From assembly GCA_028534125.1 (NCBI GenBank), contig CM052816.1, positions 15,130,001 through 15,194,000 of the forward strand: 64,000 bases of DNA, written 5' to 3'. The notes under the pieces were generated by a model. That model did not search any database and was not told the DNA's origin. It worked only from the letters and a program-made list of their open reading frames with translations. Positions 23,557 to 34,998 of the stretch are shown in pieces. The stretch comes from Lama glama (lineage: Eukaryota). The position numbers and the translations under genes were made by a program. Position 1 is the stretch's first letter. Each line of letters opens with the position of its first letter.

Positions 23557-26500
23557 AACATGCAAACAAGAACAGGGTGGTTTAAATGCTGAAAGAAAAA
23601 CCTCATAACCTAGAATTCTGTATCCAGAAAAATTATTCTTCAAAAGTGAAGAAGAAATACTTTCTCAGACAAACTAAACACTGAGGGAATTTAATCTCCT
23701 CTAGACCTGTCTTGCAGGAAATATTTCAAAAGTACCCCAGAGAGAAGAAAAATAATATAGGTCAGAAATTTCAGATCTGTATAATGAAAGGAAGAGTAAG
23801 GAATAAATTAAAGTAAAATAATTTTTTTCTTATTCTTGGTTAATTGCAGGTTGCAATTTGTTCAAAATAAAACAGTAACAATATAAGACCATACCTTATG
23901 GATAAGTGAAGTGAATGGTAACTATGTGACAAGGGACAAGAGGAAGGAATTGGGAATACTCTGATATAAGGTACCTGTATTACACATTAAGTGGTATAGT
24001 GTTATTTGAAAATGAATATAGATTAGTTTTAAATGTAATCACTAATAAATTTTAAAAGAATAATAATTTATATACAAGATTGGACAGAAACTGAAATGCT
24101 AAATTAAAACCAGAAGAAGCAGAAAAAGAGTGAAAGACAAATAGGTGAACAAAAAACAAGGGCAATAAATAAAGATAGTCACAAAAATGGTAAATACTAA
24201 TCCAACTATATCAGTAATCACTGTAATATGAATGGTCTAAATATATCAATTAAAAGACAGAGACTATCTGAGTGGATAAAAAACAAGACCAAACTAATTT
24301 TGTCTATAAGAAACCCACTTTAAATAAAGCTAGGATAGATATTTTAATTTCAGACAAAGCAGATTTTAGAGCAAGGAAAATTATCAGGGATAAAGACAAG
24401 CATTACATAATAAAAAAAAAGGGGGGGGTCAGTTCTCCAGGAAGACATAATCCTGAATGCATATGCACCTTACAACAGAGCATCAAAATACATGATACAA
24501 AACTGGTAGAAATGCAAGGAGAAATAGGCAAATCCACCATTATAGTTAGAGACTTCAAAACTCATCAATAAGTAACTGGAAGATCCAGCAAAAAGAAAAT
24601 CAGTGAGAACATAGTTGAACCAAACAGCACCATCAATCAACTGGATCTAACTGACATTTACAGAACACATTACTAAACAAAAGTAGAATACACACTCTTC
24701 TCAAGCTCATATGGAACATTCACCAAGAGAGACCATATCTTGGGCCATAAAACACACCTTAACAAATTTAAGATGATAGAAATCTATATAAAGTAATCTC
24801 TCAGGCCACAATGACATTAAACTAGACATTAGAAAAACAACTGGAAAATCTCCAAATATGTAGAAATTTAAAAATAGACCTCTCAATATGAGTCAAAGAA
24901 AGAGTCACAAAAGAAATTTTAAAATACTTTGAACTAAATGAAATTTAGAGTGTCATATCAAACGTATCAAAGTGAATTTTGGGGATGAAGCAAAAGTAGT
25001 ACATAGAGGAAACTTTATAGCAATGAAACATATACTAGAAAAGAAGAAAGATCTAGAATCAATTGTCTAAGCTTCCTTCTTATGAAATAGAAGAAAAAGA
25101 GCAAATTAAACCCAAAGTAAGGAGAAAAATATTTAATAATTAAGAGAAGATATAAATAAAATTTGAGTAGAACTCAGTGAAACTATAAACAGGAAAACAA
25201 TAGATAAAATCAATTAACCCAAAATCTGGTTCTTCAAAAATATAAATTAAATTGATAAACCTCTTGCCAAGCTAACCAGGAAAAAAAAGAAGATACAAAT
25301 TACTTATATTGGAAATGAAAGAGGAACCATAACAACTGATTCCTCGGACATTAAAAGAACAATAAAAGACTATTAAGAACAACACTATACCCATAAAGTT
25401 GATAACCTAGATGAAATAATCCAATCTTTTGAAAGGCAATCTGCTGAAACTCACACAAAGGGAAACAGATAATATGAATAAATCTATATCAATTAAAGAA
25501 ATTGAATCAATAATTAATAACCCTCAAAAACAGTAAGCACCAGACACAAATGGTTTCGAATTCCACCAAGCATTTAAAAAGAAAATAATACCAATTCTGT
25601 ACAACGTCTTCCAGAAAACAGAAGCAGAAGGAACACTTCCTAACTCCTTTTATAAGGCCAGCATTACCCTAATACCAAAATCAAAGATACAAGGAAGGAA
25701 AATTAGATCATTATTGATCCTGAACATGGATGGAAAAACTTCAACAAAATATCAGCAAATCAGATGCAACAATGTATAAAAGAATTATTTATACACTATG
25801 ACCAAGTGGGATTTATTTTAGGTCTGATTCAACATTTGAAAAAATCAATTAATGTAATCTATCACATCAATAGGTTAAGAAGAAAAATCATATGATCATA
25901 TCAATAAACACAGAAAAAAAGCACTTGACAAAATCCAGTATCCATTTGCGATAAAAACTCTTAGCAAAGTAGAATATAGAGGAACTTCTTCAACTTGATA
26001 AACAACATCTAGAGAAAACAAAAAGCTAACATCATATATAATGGTGAGAAACTACATACTTTTCCTTTAAGACTGGGTACAAGACAAGGTTGTCCTGTCT
26101 CCCACTCCTATTCAAAATCATACTGGAAGTCCTAGCTAATGCAGTAAAACAAAGAAAGAAAATAAAACGTACATATATTGGGAAGGAAGAAACAGAACTA
26201 TTGATGTTTGCAGATAATATAATTATCTACGTAGAAAATCACAAAGAATTAACAAAAAACTTCTGGAACTAAGAAGCAATCATAGCAAAGTGGTTGCAGG
26301 ATACAAAGTTAATATACAATAATTCTAGATTTTTAAAATAATCAAGATAGGAATTGATGACAATTTATCTATCCTGATTATAAGTGTATACATTACATTA
26401 TATTTATTGTATTTTATATATACACATATATAATCATGCTAGAGATGTATCTTAATGGGGAAACACTGGAGGAATTTCAGTAAAGGTCAGGAACAAGACA

Positions 26501-27626
26501 AAGATGTTTTCTATTTCTACTACTGTTTAACAATGGCATGGGAGTAATTATCCAAAGCTATCAGAGAATGGACAATAAATAGAGGTATACAAATTGGAAA
26601 AGAAGTATAAAACAATACAGTAAGGTGTCAGGACACAAAATTCACAAACAAAAGTCAACAATCTTCACATACCTAAAAATAACAAGCTAGAAAGTATTAT
26701 GGAATATAAGATCCTATTTATAAACAAAAAAGGGGAAATTCTTAAAAGTAAACTTATCAAGAAATGTTCAAAATTTCATATATGTAAAAATCTAATGTAC
26801 TCCTAGAAAACACAAAAGTGAATTTGAGCAAGTAGAAAACATTCCTTGTTCTTAGAAAGTTCCTTTGACTTGATGTCATAAAGACTCTCAATTGTCCTCA
26901 AATGAATAGATCAGTTAATATGATCCCAATAAAAATATCAACATTTTATGGATGCAGACAAACTAGAAAAATAAACAGACAAGAATAGAGAGAAATCACC
27001 TCACACCCATTAAGATGACTACTATGGAATAAAATAGGAAAAAACCTCCAAAAAAACAAAAACAAAATAACAAGTGTTGTCAAGGATGTGGAGAGAATGA
27101 AATCCTTGTGCACTGTTGATGGGTATGTAAAATGGTATAGCTGCTATAGAAAACAGTATGGAAGTTCCTCAAAAGCTAAAAATAGAATTACCACATGATT
27201 CAGCAATTCCACTTCTGGTTCTATACATCCAGGAAATCCTGTCACATGCTACAACACATTATGATAAATGATATAAGCCAGTCACAAAAAAGACAAAAAC
27301 TACATGATTCCACGTATATGAAGTAGCTAAAGTAGTCGAATTCATAGAGACAGAAAGTAGAATGGTGGTTGCCAGGGATCAGGGGCAGAGGCAGGGGTGG
27401 GTAGTTATTGTTTAGTAGATACAGAGTTTCAGTTTTGCAAGACAAAAAAAGTTCTGAAGATAGATGGTGGTAACAGTTGCATAATACTGTGAACTTAGTT
27501 AATACCATTGACTGGACTCTTAAAAATGGTTCAGATGGTAAATTTTATGTGCTGTATATTTTACCACAATTTTAAATTTTTTAAAGAAAAAAATTAGCTG
27601 GCTTCCAGGTTCCCATAGAATGATGC

Positions 27627-28008
27627 TCAGCATCAAAAATCATCAGGGAACTGTAAATCAAAACCACAGTGAGATACTACCTCACACCTGTCACAATGGC
27701 TATCATCAAAAAGACAAGTAACAAGTATTGGCAAAAATGTGGAAGAAACAGAACCCTCATACGCTGGTGGAGGAATGTAAATTGGTGCAACTACTACATA
27801 AAACAGTATGGAGTTTCCTCAAAAAATAAATTAAAAATAGAACTACCATACAATCCAGCAGTTCCTGGATATTTATTTTTAAAATAAAACCCAAAACCAC
27901 TCATTTGAAAAGATGTATGCACCTCTATGTTCATTGTAGCATTATTTACAATAACCAAGATATGGAAGCAACCTAAATGACCACTGATAGATGGACAAAG
28001 ATGTGGTG

Positions 28009-28048
<40 letters not shown>

Positions 28049-28918
28049 CATATATACATCAAGCAATGTTACTAAGCCATAAAAAAGAATGAAATCTTGC
28101 CATCTTTTGATAATATGGATGGACCTAAAGGATACTATGCTAAATGAAATAAGTCAGACAAAGACAAATACCTATGAGTTCATTTACATGTGGAATCTAA
28201 AAAGCAAAACAAATGACTGAACAGCAAAACAGAAACAGAGTCACAAATACAGAGAACAAACAGGTGGCTGCCAGAAGGGAGACGTGTGGGGAGATGAGGG
28301 AAATAGATGAGGGAGATTAAGAGGTACAAATTTCCCATTACAAAATAAATGAGTCATAGGTATGAAATGTATAGCATATAAGAATGTAAAATCTTGGTAT
28401 GGTGATAGGTGGGTAACTAGACTTATGGTGCTGGTGATTATTTTGTAATGTATAGAAATATCAAATCACTATGTTGTGCACCAGGAAATAAAACAGTATT
28501 GTAGATAAATTATATTTTGAAGACAAACAAACTCTTAGAAAAAGAGATCATATTTGTGGTTACCAGAAGCAGGAGGTGGAGGGAGGAGTTATTGGATGAA
28601 GGTAGTCAAAAAGTACAGACTTCCAGTTACTGGGATGTTATGTGCAACATGTTAAATATAATTAGCAATGTTTTATGTTACATATAAAAGTTGTAGAGAG
28701 ACTAAATCCTAATAGTTCTCATCGCAAGGAAAATATTTTTTCTTTCTCTTTTAATTTTGTATCTATATGAGATGATGTTCGCTTAGCTTATCATGGTAAT
28801 CATTTTATGATGTATGTAAGTCAAATCATTATGCTGTACACTTTAACCTTACACGGTGCTTTATATCCATTATATCTCAATAAAACTAGAAAGAAAAAAA
28901 TTTTAAGAAAAAAAAAAG
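27627..28918 (+). mobile_element. 5'-truncated L1 3' end flanked by a 31-bp direct repeat
   Basis: ORF2 C-terminus (RYYLTPVTMAIIKK...KIELPYNPAVP), 3'UTR and A-tail. Repeat agctggcttccaggttccca(t/c)agaat(g/a)atgc at 27596-27626 and 28919-28949. Confidence 0.85.
28012..28046. repeat. (CA)n microsatellite
   Basis: Read directly. Confidence 0.95.
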
Positions 28919-31292
28919 AGCTGGCTTCCAGGTTCCCACAGAATAATGCCAGCCACCTAAATAAAAACAAACAAATGAACAAAAAGAAAGCTAATAAAAC
29001 CACCTATGACTACAGCATAATTTGGAGACAGAGAATATTATAAACTTTATTCTACATATAAACTGGTGACTATATAGCCAAAATCAGCAGATTCAGTTAC
29101 AAAGCCATGCTATTGAAGAGAGGCCAAGATGGTATAGAAGATTAGAGAGCAACAAAGGTCTAGCAATGGTGGAAGACAGATAGAGTCACCACTAGAAAAA
29201 GAGAGTCCCAGCTTGAGGGGGAAAGGCTGACAATACGACTGAGACCTGATGGATGAGAGGAACTGAGGACTCTAAGAGAAGGTCTTAAAGTGTTTAAGAC
29301 TAGAAATGACAGTCTTGAGAAGGCATCTCGTCTGGAGGAAAGAGGTGACTTGAAGGGGAGGTATCCCTTGAGGGCTTGATGGTGAAGATAAAGAAAACAA
29401 GGCGTGAAAATGAAAACCACCAGAGAAATGAAAGAGAATCACAAAACCAGAAGACCCATCAACCTGGCCTCCACTCGCCACAAAATACCTTTTATTTGGA
29501 AAAGATGCACTTCATCCTACCTACAGAAGAGGGCACTCTCGAACTAAGAAACCTAATAAAGCACCCAACTGCCTGCCTCATTTGCAGTTGCTAAAACTGG
29601 AAAGTAGACATTTAGAATGAACAGAAAATAGTAGGCTTAATATTATACAAAGACAACAGAAAAAATGGGGATAAATATTCTTTCAAAACTAACCATGAAA
29701 CAGGAAAACTGAAATACAATACTCCAACCTGAATTAAATAACCTTAAACAGTCATGGTGATATGAAAAAACAGTGAATCAGAAAAGTAATTCAGTACAAA
29801 ATGGACAAAAACCAAAAAGTTGTAAGACAAGAGTTAGTACAAATCAAGAGAAAATTAACAAAAAGTAAAATCATCTCAGGAAAACAAAAGACTAAATTAT
29901 AAGATGTCCAAGAGGAAGAGATTTTACTTAAAATACAATAACTGGTTTTGACGAAAGGAATTGAAACAGCCAGGAAAAAGTTTAAAAATCAAGAAACCAG
30001 TAAGAAGGATCAGAAAGTGCTAGATACAGAGGCAAAGAGGACCCAACATATATTACAGTCCCTGTAGAAGAAAAACAAAATAATGGAACAGATGTAATAG
30101 TCAAGAAAACTTCCTAGAAGTAAAACTTCAATCTACACATCAAAAAGGTCTTCCAAGGACCAAAGAAAATAGTATGGAATGGTCAATTCTAAGGTATCTT
30201 AGAAAATTAATTAGATTTGAAAGAAAAAAAATCCTTTGGGCCTCAGGGAAAAAGACCAAATCATTTAGGAAGGAAACAAAATCAGGTTGGTATCAGGTTT
30301 CACAACACACAAAGGAAAGCAGCAATGAATTTTTTTTAGTACAGTCAGTTACAATGTGTCAATTTCTGGCATACAGCACAATGTCCCAGTCATGCATATA
30401 CATACATATATTCTGCAATGAAGTTTTTAAATGCCCACAGGAAAAAAGTGAGAACCAAGATTTTATATCTAGCCTATCATTTCCTTTAAGTACTAAGGCT
30501 ATAGAAAATCAGTTTTAAATAAGCAAAACTCACCAGAAATTAACACAACATTGTAAACCGACTATACTTCAATTTAAAAAAAATTTTTAAATAAACATGC
30601 AAGAATTCAGAATACTGTACGCTGGAGCCTCTTCTGAGGAATTTACTAGAGAATGAGCTTCATCCACCTTAGAACTAACAGGAAAATTCAGAAAGCATTA
30701 ACTATACTAATAAGTTGTAGATCTCTGACTAAAATAAAGGTGGTAACAAGGATGGGAAAATAATATGCAAGTTGTTTTTTGAAAGTAACCTCTCTCAAAT
30801 TGGGAGAGGAAGGGGAAAATGAAGTGAAATAATTGACTGTTACATAAATAATAGAAGGGAGTTAAAATGTAGCTGACAAACGAAATAACGCAGCCCCTGT
30901 AAGGAAAAGTTATTTGAGGACTTAGAAAAGATACCAGTATAACAGTTAAGCACTGGAACAAAAACAAACATAAACATCAAAAGTAATTTTAAAAGCAAGT
31001 TTTTTGTGTTGGGTTTTTTTGTTTGTTTTGTTTTTTAGTACTTCCTTACTTTCTGGAACTACTAGATGAATCCAAGATGCTCCCAGTTCATCTCTGTATT
31101 TCCTTCCCCTGTCCTAGCATCAGCTATTTCTGCAAGCAACCCTAGTTCCTGGTTGAAAGGGAGCTGAATACCCGCTGGAAAGTTGGTTGCTTTGGCGCTC
31201 CCGTCAGGGGAGGAGTCTGAAAAACGCTCTCTCCAAGCTAGGAAAGAACTGGGACAGCAAAAGAGATTGCTTTTTGGGGAAAGCAAAATGGC

Positions 31293-31387
31293 AAAAGGAC
31301 TGGAGAGCGCCCGCGGGTCTCGAACCACCCCCGAGAGGGTAATTAAATTGCATGTCAGTCGAAGGAACCGCTGAGCTAAAGCCAGCC
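31293..31387 (-). ncRNA. VTRNA1: Vault RNA (Pol III), 95 nt, VTRNA1-locus orthologue
   Basis: Minus strand reads GGCTGGCTTTAGCTCAGCGGTTCCTTCGACTGACATGCAATTTAATTACCCTCTCGGGGGTGGTTCGAGACCCGCGGGCGCTCTCCAGTCCTTTT. The 5' and 3' ends are canonical for vtRNA, with box A (31368-31378), box B (31316-31326) and a TTTT terminator. Position downstream of ZMAT2 is syntenic. Confidence 0.97.
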
Positions 31388-31403
31388 CGAGCACGCCCTC
31401 TAG

Positions 31404-31480
31404 ATTATATTAACTTGACTAGTGAGAAAGGCATACGTCACAATAAACCAAAGAGGATAGACGTGATCCAGACTGACTCA
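31404..31480 (-). promoter_or_regulatory. vtRNA upstream promoter elements (TATA-like, CRE-like, AP-1/TRE)
   Basis: TTAATATAAT at -17 to -26 (31404-31413), GTGACGTA at -47 to -54 (31434-31441), TCACGT (31461-31466), TGA(C/G)TCA (31474-31480). Confidence 0.75.
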
Positions 31481-33599
31481 GCGTCCAAACGAACTGCCCT
31501 ATCTGATCACCCACCCCCAATTCAGACACTTGAAGAGTGCCCATCTGAGGACACACAGCAGTGTCAAGGACCCAGGTCTCCCCTACCAGCAAGTGAGCTC
31601 TTCCGCGGTTGCTTCTGGGCTTACTCTCTCCCTCCGTGCCGCCGCAGTCACCTGGTCCACAAGGCTCTGGTCGCCTCTTCACACCTCTCCGCTCCCCTGA
31701 CAACCACAGGGTCCAGCACTCTGTGATCTGATCAACTTTCACAGTGCCTTGAATCAGTAGAGTGGAATCTTTACACGCTGCAAATTGTTATTTCAGGCTT
31801 TATTTTGGAACTTTGCGGTTAAACTACATAAACCCCACAGCTCCTCTCCCAGGTGTTATACAGTTCCCAGGTGTTATTAGTATTACTTCTGTTAATATTT
31901 TTTAAAATTATTCTAAACCACACACGAACACCCTATTCCTTTTATGTATCCTGTAAACAGATAACCTTTCTCACCCCACAATTCCTACTTTTCTCCAGTT
32001 AATGATTACGATTTCAGTGTGTATTCCTCCAGTTCTTTTCCTCAATCTATATATTTAACTATACACATTTTTTTTTATGACTGGGAGTGAGGGAGGCCTT
32101 ACTGGGGATTGGTTTGTTGGGTATTATTTTTGTGTTTGTTTACTTAACAGTATGTCTTGGAGACCTCTGTCAGTACATTGAGTAGGTCTAATTCATATAT
32201 ATTGTAATGACTGCATTATACTCAAGTATAAATGGACCAGTTTTATTTTAAATGTTTCACTATTATAAACAAAGCTGCAGTAAACATCTTTGCACGCATA
32301 TGTACACATAAGCAAGTCTGTTCTTAGGATACTTAGATGAGTAGAATTGCTGGATTAGTCTTCACAATTAAATTTTTGGAGTTCTAGAAGAGATGCAAGA
32401 GGCCCTGGGGGTGCTTGAAACCAGAGTCATCTGAAGCCATACAGATCTTTTGTTCTGTAAATACTTCAACCAGCAATTCCAACAGAATGCAAATTCCATG
32501 ACAGCTGGGGACTTGATGCCTTGCTAACAAGGCCTAGAACATGTTTAGCACCTCAGACTCATTGAATGAACACTCATGTAGACAGGTCACAGGCATGTTT
32601 CTCAACTAGAATGCAAAACTTTCTTGGATTTTAGTGAACACAAACATCAAAACTTCCAGAGATGTGAGTTCTCTGGGATTGCTCTGGACTCCTAAATTTC
32701 CATCCCATTTCCTTCCCACCCTCCCTTTTTTAAGTCACCAACTTGAGCCCCTCCAAACACCCATGACCTAGACAGACCCCCTGGAGACTCAAACCACTTG
32801 CCTGTCCCAAGAGAATTTAGAAACTGGAATTCAGAACTGCTTTTTAGTAGAGATGATCAGAAGTCAGATTTTGCTGGTATCAAAAAGGGAGGGAAATCGC
32901 TTGAGGCCAAAGTTGAATTAGTTGCCTGATGAATAGTGAACCATGGAAGGAACTCAGCTCACTGACATATTCTCCAGCCTGCCTTGAAAAGGAGAACAAA
33001 AGGATCCCGTTGACAAGGGCAGATTCTTACCCAAGGACCTGTAGAACACATACTCCTGCCAAGGAAAGCACCAACTAATCTGCCTGCAGTGGCCAAATAT
33101 TTTATGAGAAACTGAGCCAGGCCTTAAGCCAGTAGATAAAGATACATTCACAGTGTTTCCAGTGGCAAGATTCAGCATTAGAAGTAAGTTAGACAAAATG
33201 AATGCCTGACAGCAAGGGAATTTTGCACAAAAGTCCAGACTATGGTACTCTGGGGGACCCACAAGTGATCTGATTCAGATGCTACATAAAGTTGTATGAG
33301 GGACTAGATGAGGCACAGAATGTCAACAAGCCATATGGTAGCAGCCTTGTTAACCCAAAGAGAGCCTATTTAGCAGGATATAGAATCAGCTATAAGTTGT
33401 TACAGAATTCACCTGTTTACAGTTGTGTAACTATCATGTTTGGTTTTTTTTTTTTTTTAATTTAAGGGGCTTTTATTCCCCCCCTGCATCCCTGGGACCT
33501 GGCACAGTACCTGACCCAGGGAATATCAAAGTTGTTTTGGCTTTAGTTATTAACCAGTCTGTGCCATCTAATTTTCAAATTAGACCAAAGGGAAGGCAG

Positions 33600-33823
33600 C
33601 TTCTCAAAGGCTCTCAGTGGGGCTGGGAGGAGGAATTCTACCCCACCCCACTCTGGGAGACACAGATATCCTTAGTTGTCCCAACTTGGAGAGGAGATGC
33701 TGCTAGCATCTAGCGAGCAGAGGCTAGGGATACTCTAAACCTCCTGCAATGCACAAGGGAGCACCCACAACAAAGAATTATCCAGTCCAAAATGTCAACA
33801 GTGCAAAAACTGAGTAACCCTGT
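33600..33823. mobile_element. MER20-like hAT MITE
   Basis: cccacaacaaagaattatccagtccaaaatgtcaacagtgc...gagtaaccctg, a MER20 hallmark. Confidence 0.7.
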
Positions 33824-34120
33824 GCCTAGCCTAACAGCAGATAGTAAGGAAAACACTAAGCTTTCAGCCCTGAGCTCTGCTATTCCAAAAATAAAAGATT
33901 AAAGGAGGCTAAAATTACAGGAAAAGTTTTGTTCAGACTCCTCCAGACACAGATCCCATCAGAGGAAAATAGAACTCATGTTGAAGGAACCTAGAAAAAA
34001 AGTGACAGGGCTCAAATGAAGGGACAATTTCAAAAGAGTAAGTGTGGGAAAGAAAAAACAATACACAGGGAAGAATATGGAATGTTCCCACCAAATATGA
34101 AATAGGCCCAGTCAATGCCA

Positions 34121-34126
34121 TTTATT
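34121..34126 (-). terminator. Probable ZMAT2 poly(A) signal
   Basis: AATAAA on the minus strand about 880 nt past the stop codon. A second, more proximal AATAAA lies at 34760-34765. Confidence 0.55.
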
Positions 34127-34998
34127 ATACATGTTGAACAGCCTCTGAGACCCAAGGGCTCCCATATGAGGTTTTCTCCTTTTTCTTTTTTGCATCAAAC
34201 AGGTTCTTCCAAGAGCCTGCTTACAAGGAAGACAAAAACAATCCTCAATAAAATCAAACAAACAGGAAAAGGTGAACAGTCTACATGTGAAAAACAAAGG
34301 TTAAAAAACTCAGCAGACAAATACCACACCAAACACTCATCCCGTTTAATTTCCTGTTACATGCTCTGAGGAAGCCGAGATAACCAGGCTCCAAGGCAGC
34401 AATGCTCTGAGGCTCTTGCTCAGGCTCCCTCTATGTGACAGATTCATGCACACACACCTGCACACACCACTGACCCAGGCAGAGGTACACATGCATGCAG
34501 TGGCCAGAGAACCACGGCGGGGGAGGTGGGAAGTGAGGGGAGAATGGGGAAAGCAGGGGTCAGTCAAAGATATGTTATCAACTGGAAAGTGGGGACCCAG
34601 AGAACCTTTCTGCTGTAGGCTAAACAAGAGTCAAAATTAAAACAAAGGCAGAACACAGGATAAATGTAGGATGTTCAGATAAGAGAATGAAGAGATGAAG
34701 AGAGGGGGAAAGATGCAGGGGGAGTTTCAGGAAAGCAGCCTCAGAAGAGGAGGTTTTTCTTTATTGGGAACTTGGATGGTCAGAGGTCCTGTGACTCCAG
34801 TGATATACTGAGGCTGAAGGAATATGCCACAGAGTATTCCTCTGCATCCTGTGCTCTCTCCCAAGGCAGAGGGCAACCACAAACACCCACCCTCTAGCCC
34901 TCCCCATTGCCACTCTTAAGGATTTCCCAAGTACCTCCCAAAAAATGATGCCCACACACACAAAGTTAGGCCCAGCAAAAAGCCAGGCATAGAAAGCC

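Larger units (their letters stand above)
21220..27590 (+). mobile_element. Old L1M (L1MB/MC-like) remnants spanning 5' region, ORF1, ORF2 and 3'UTR
   Basis: ORF2 remnants ([39 protein letters not shown]...LMFADNIIIYVEN). 3' end near ttaccacaat at 27570. Probably more than one element. Confidence 0.75.

Noticed and set aside
3678..28066. Numerous 60-170 aa ORFs as host genes
   Set aside because: They are fragments or antisense frames of decayed L1 ORF1/ORF2, with frameshifts and stops.
31190..31215. Possible CTCF site downstream of the vtRNA (ttggcgctcccgtcagggg)
   Set aside because: Only a loose resemblance to the motif; not supportable without a PWM scan or ChIP data.
31062..31742. ORFs overlapping the vault RNA region
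   Set aside because: No recognisable protein similarity or splice structure; they are explained by locally higher GC around a Pol III gene.
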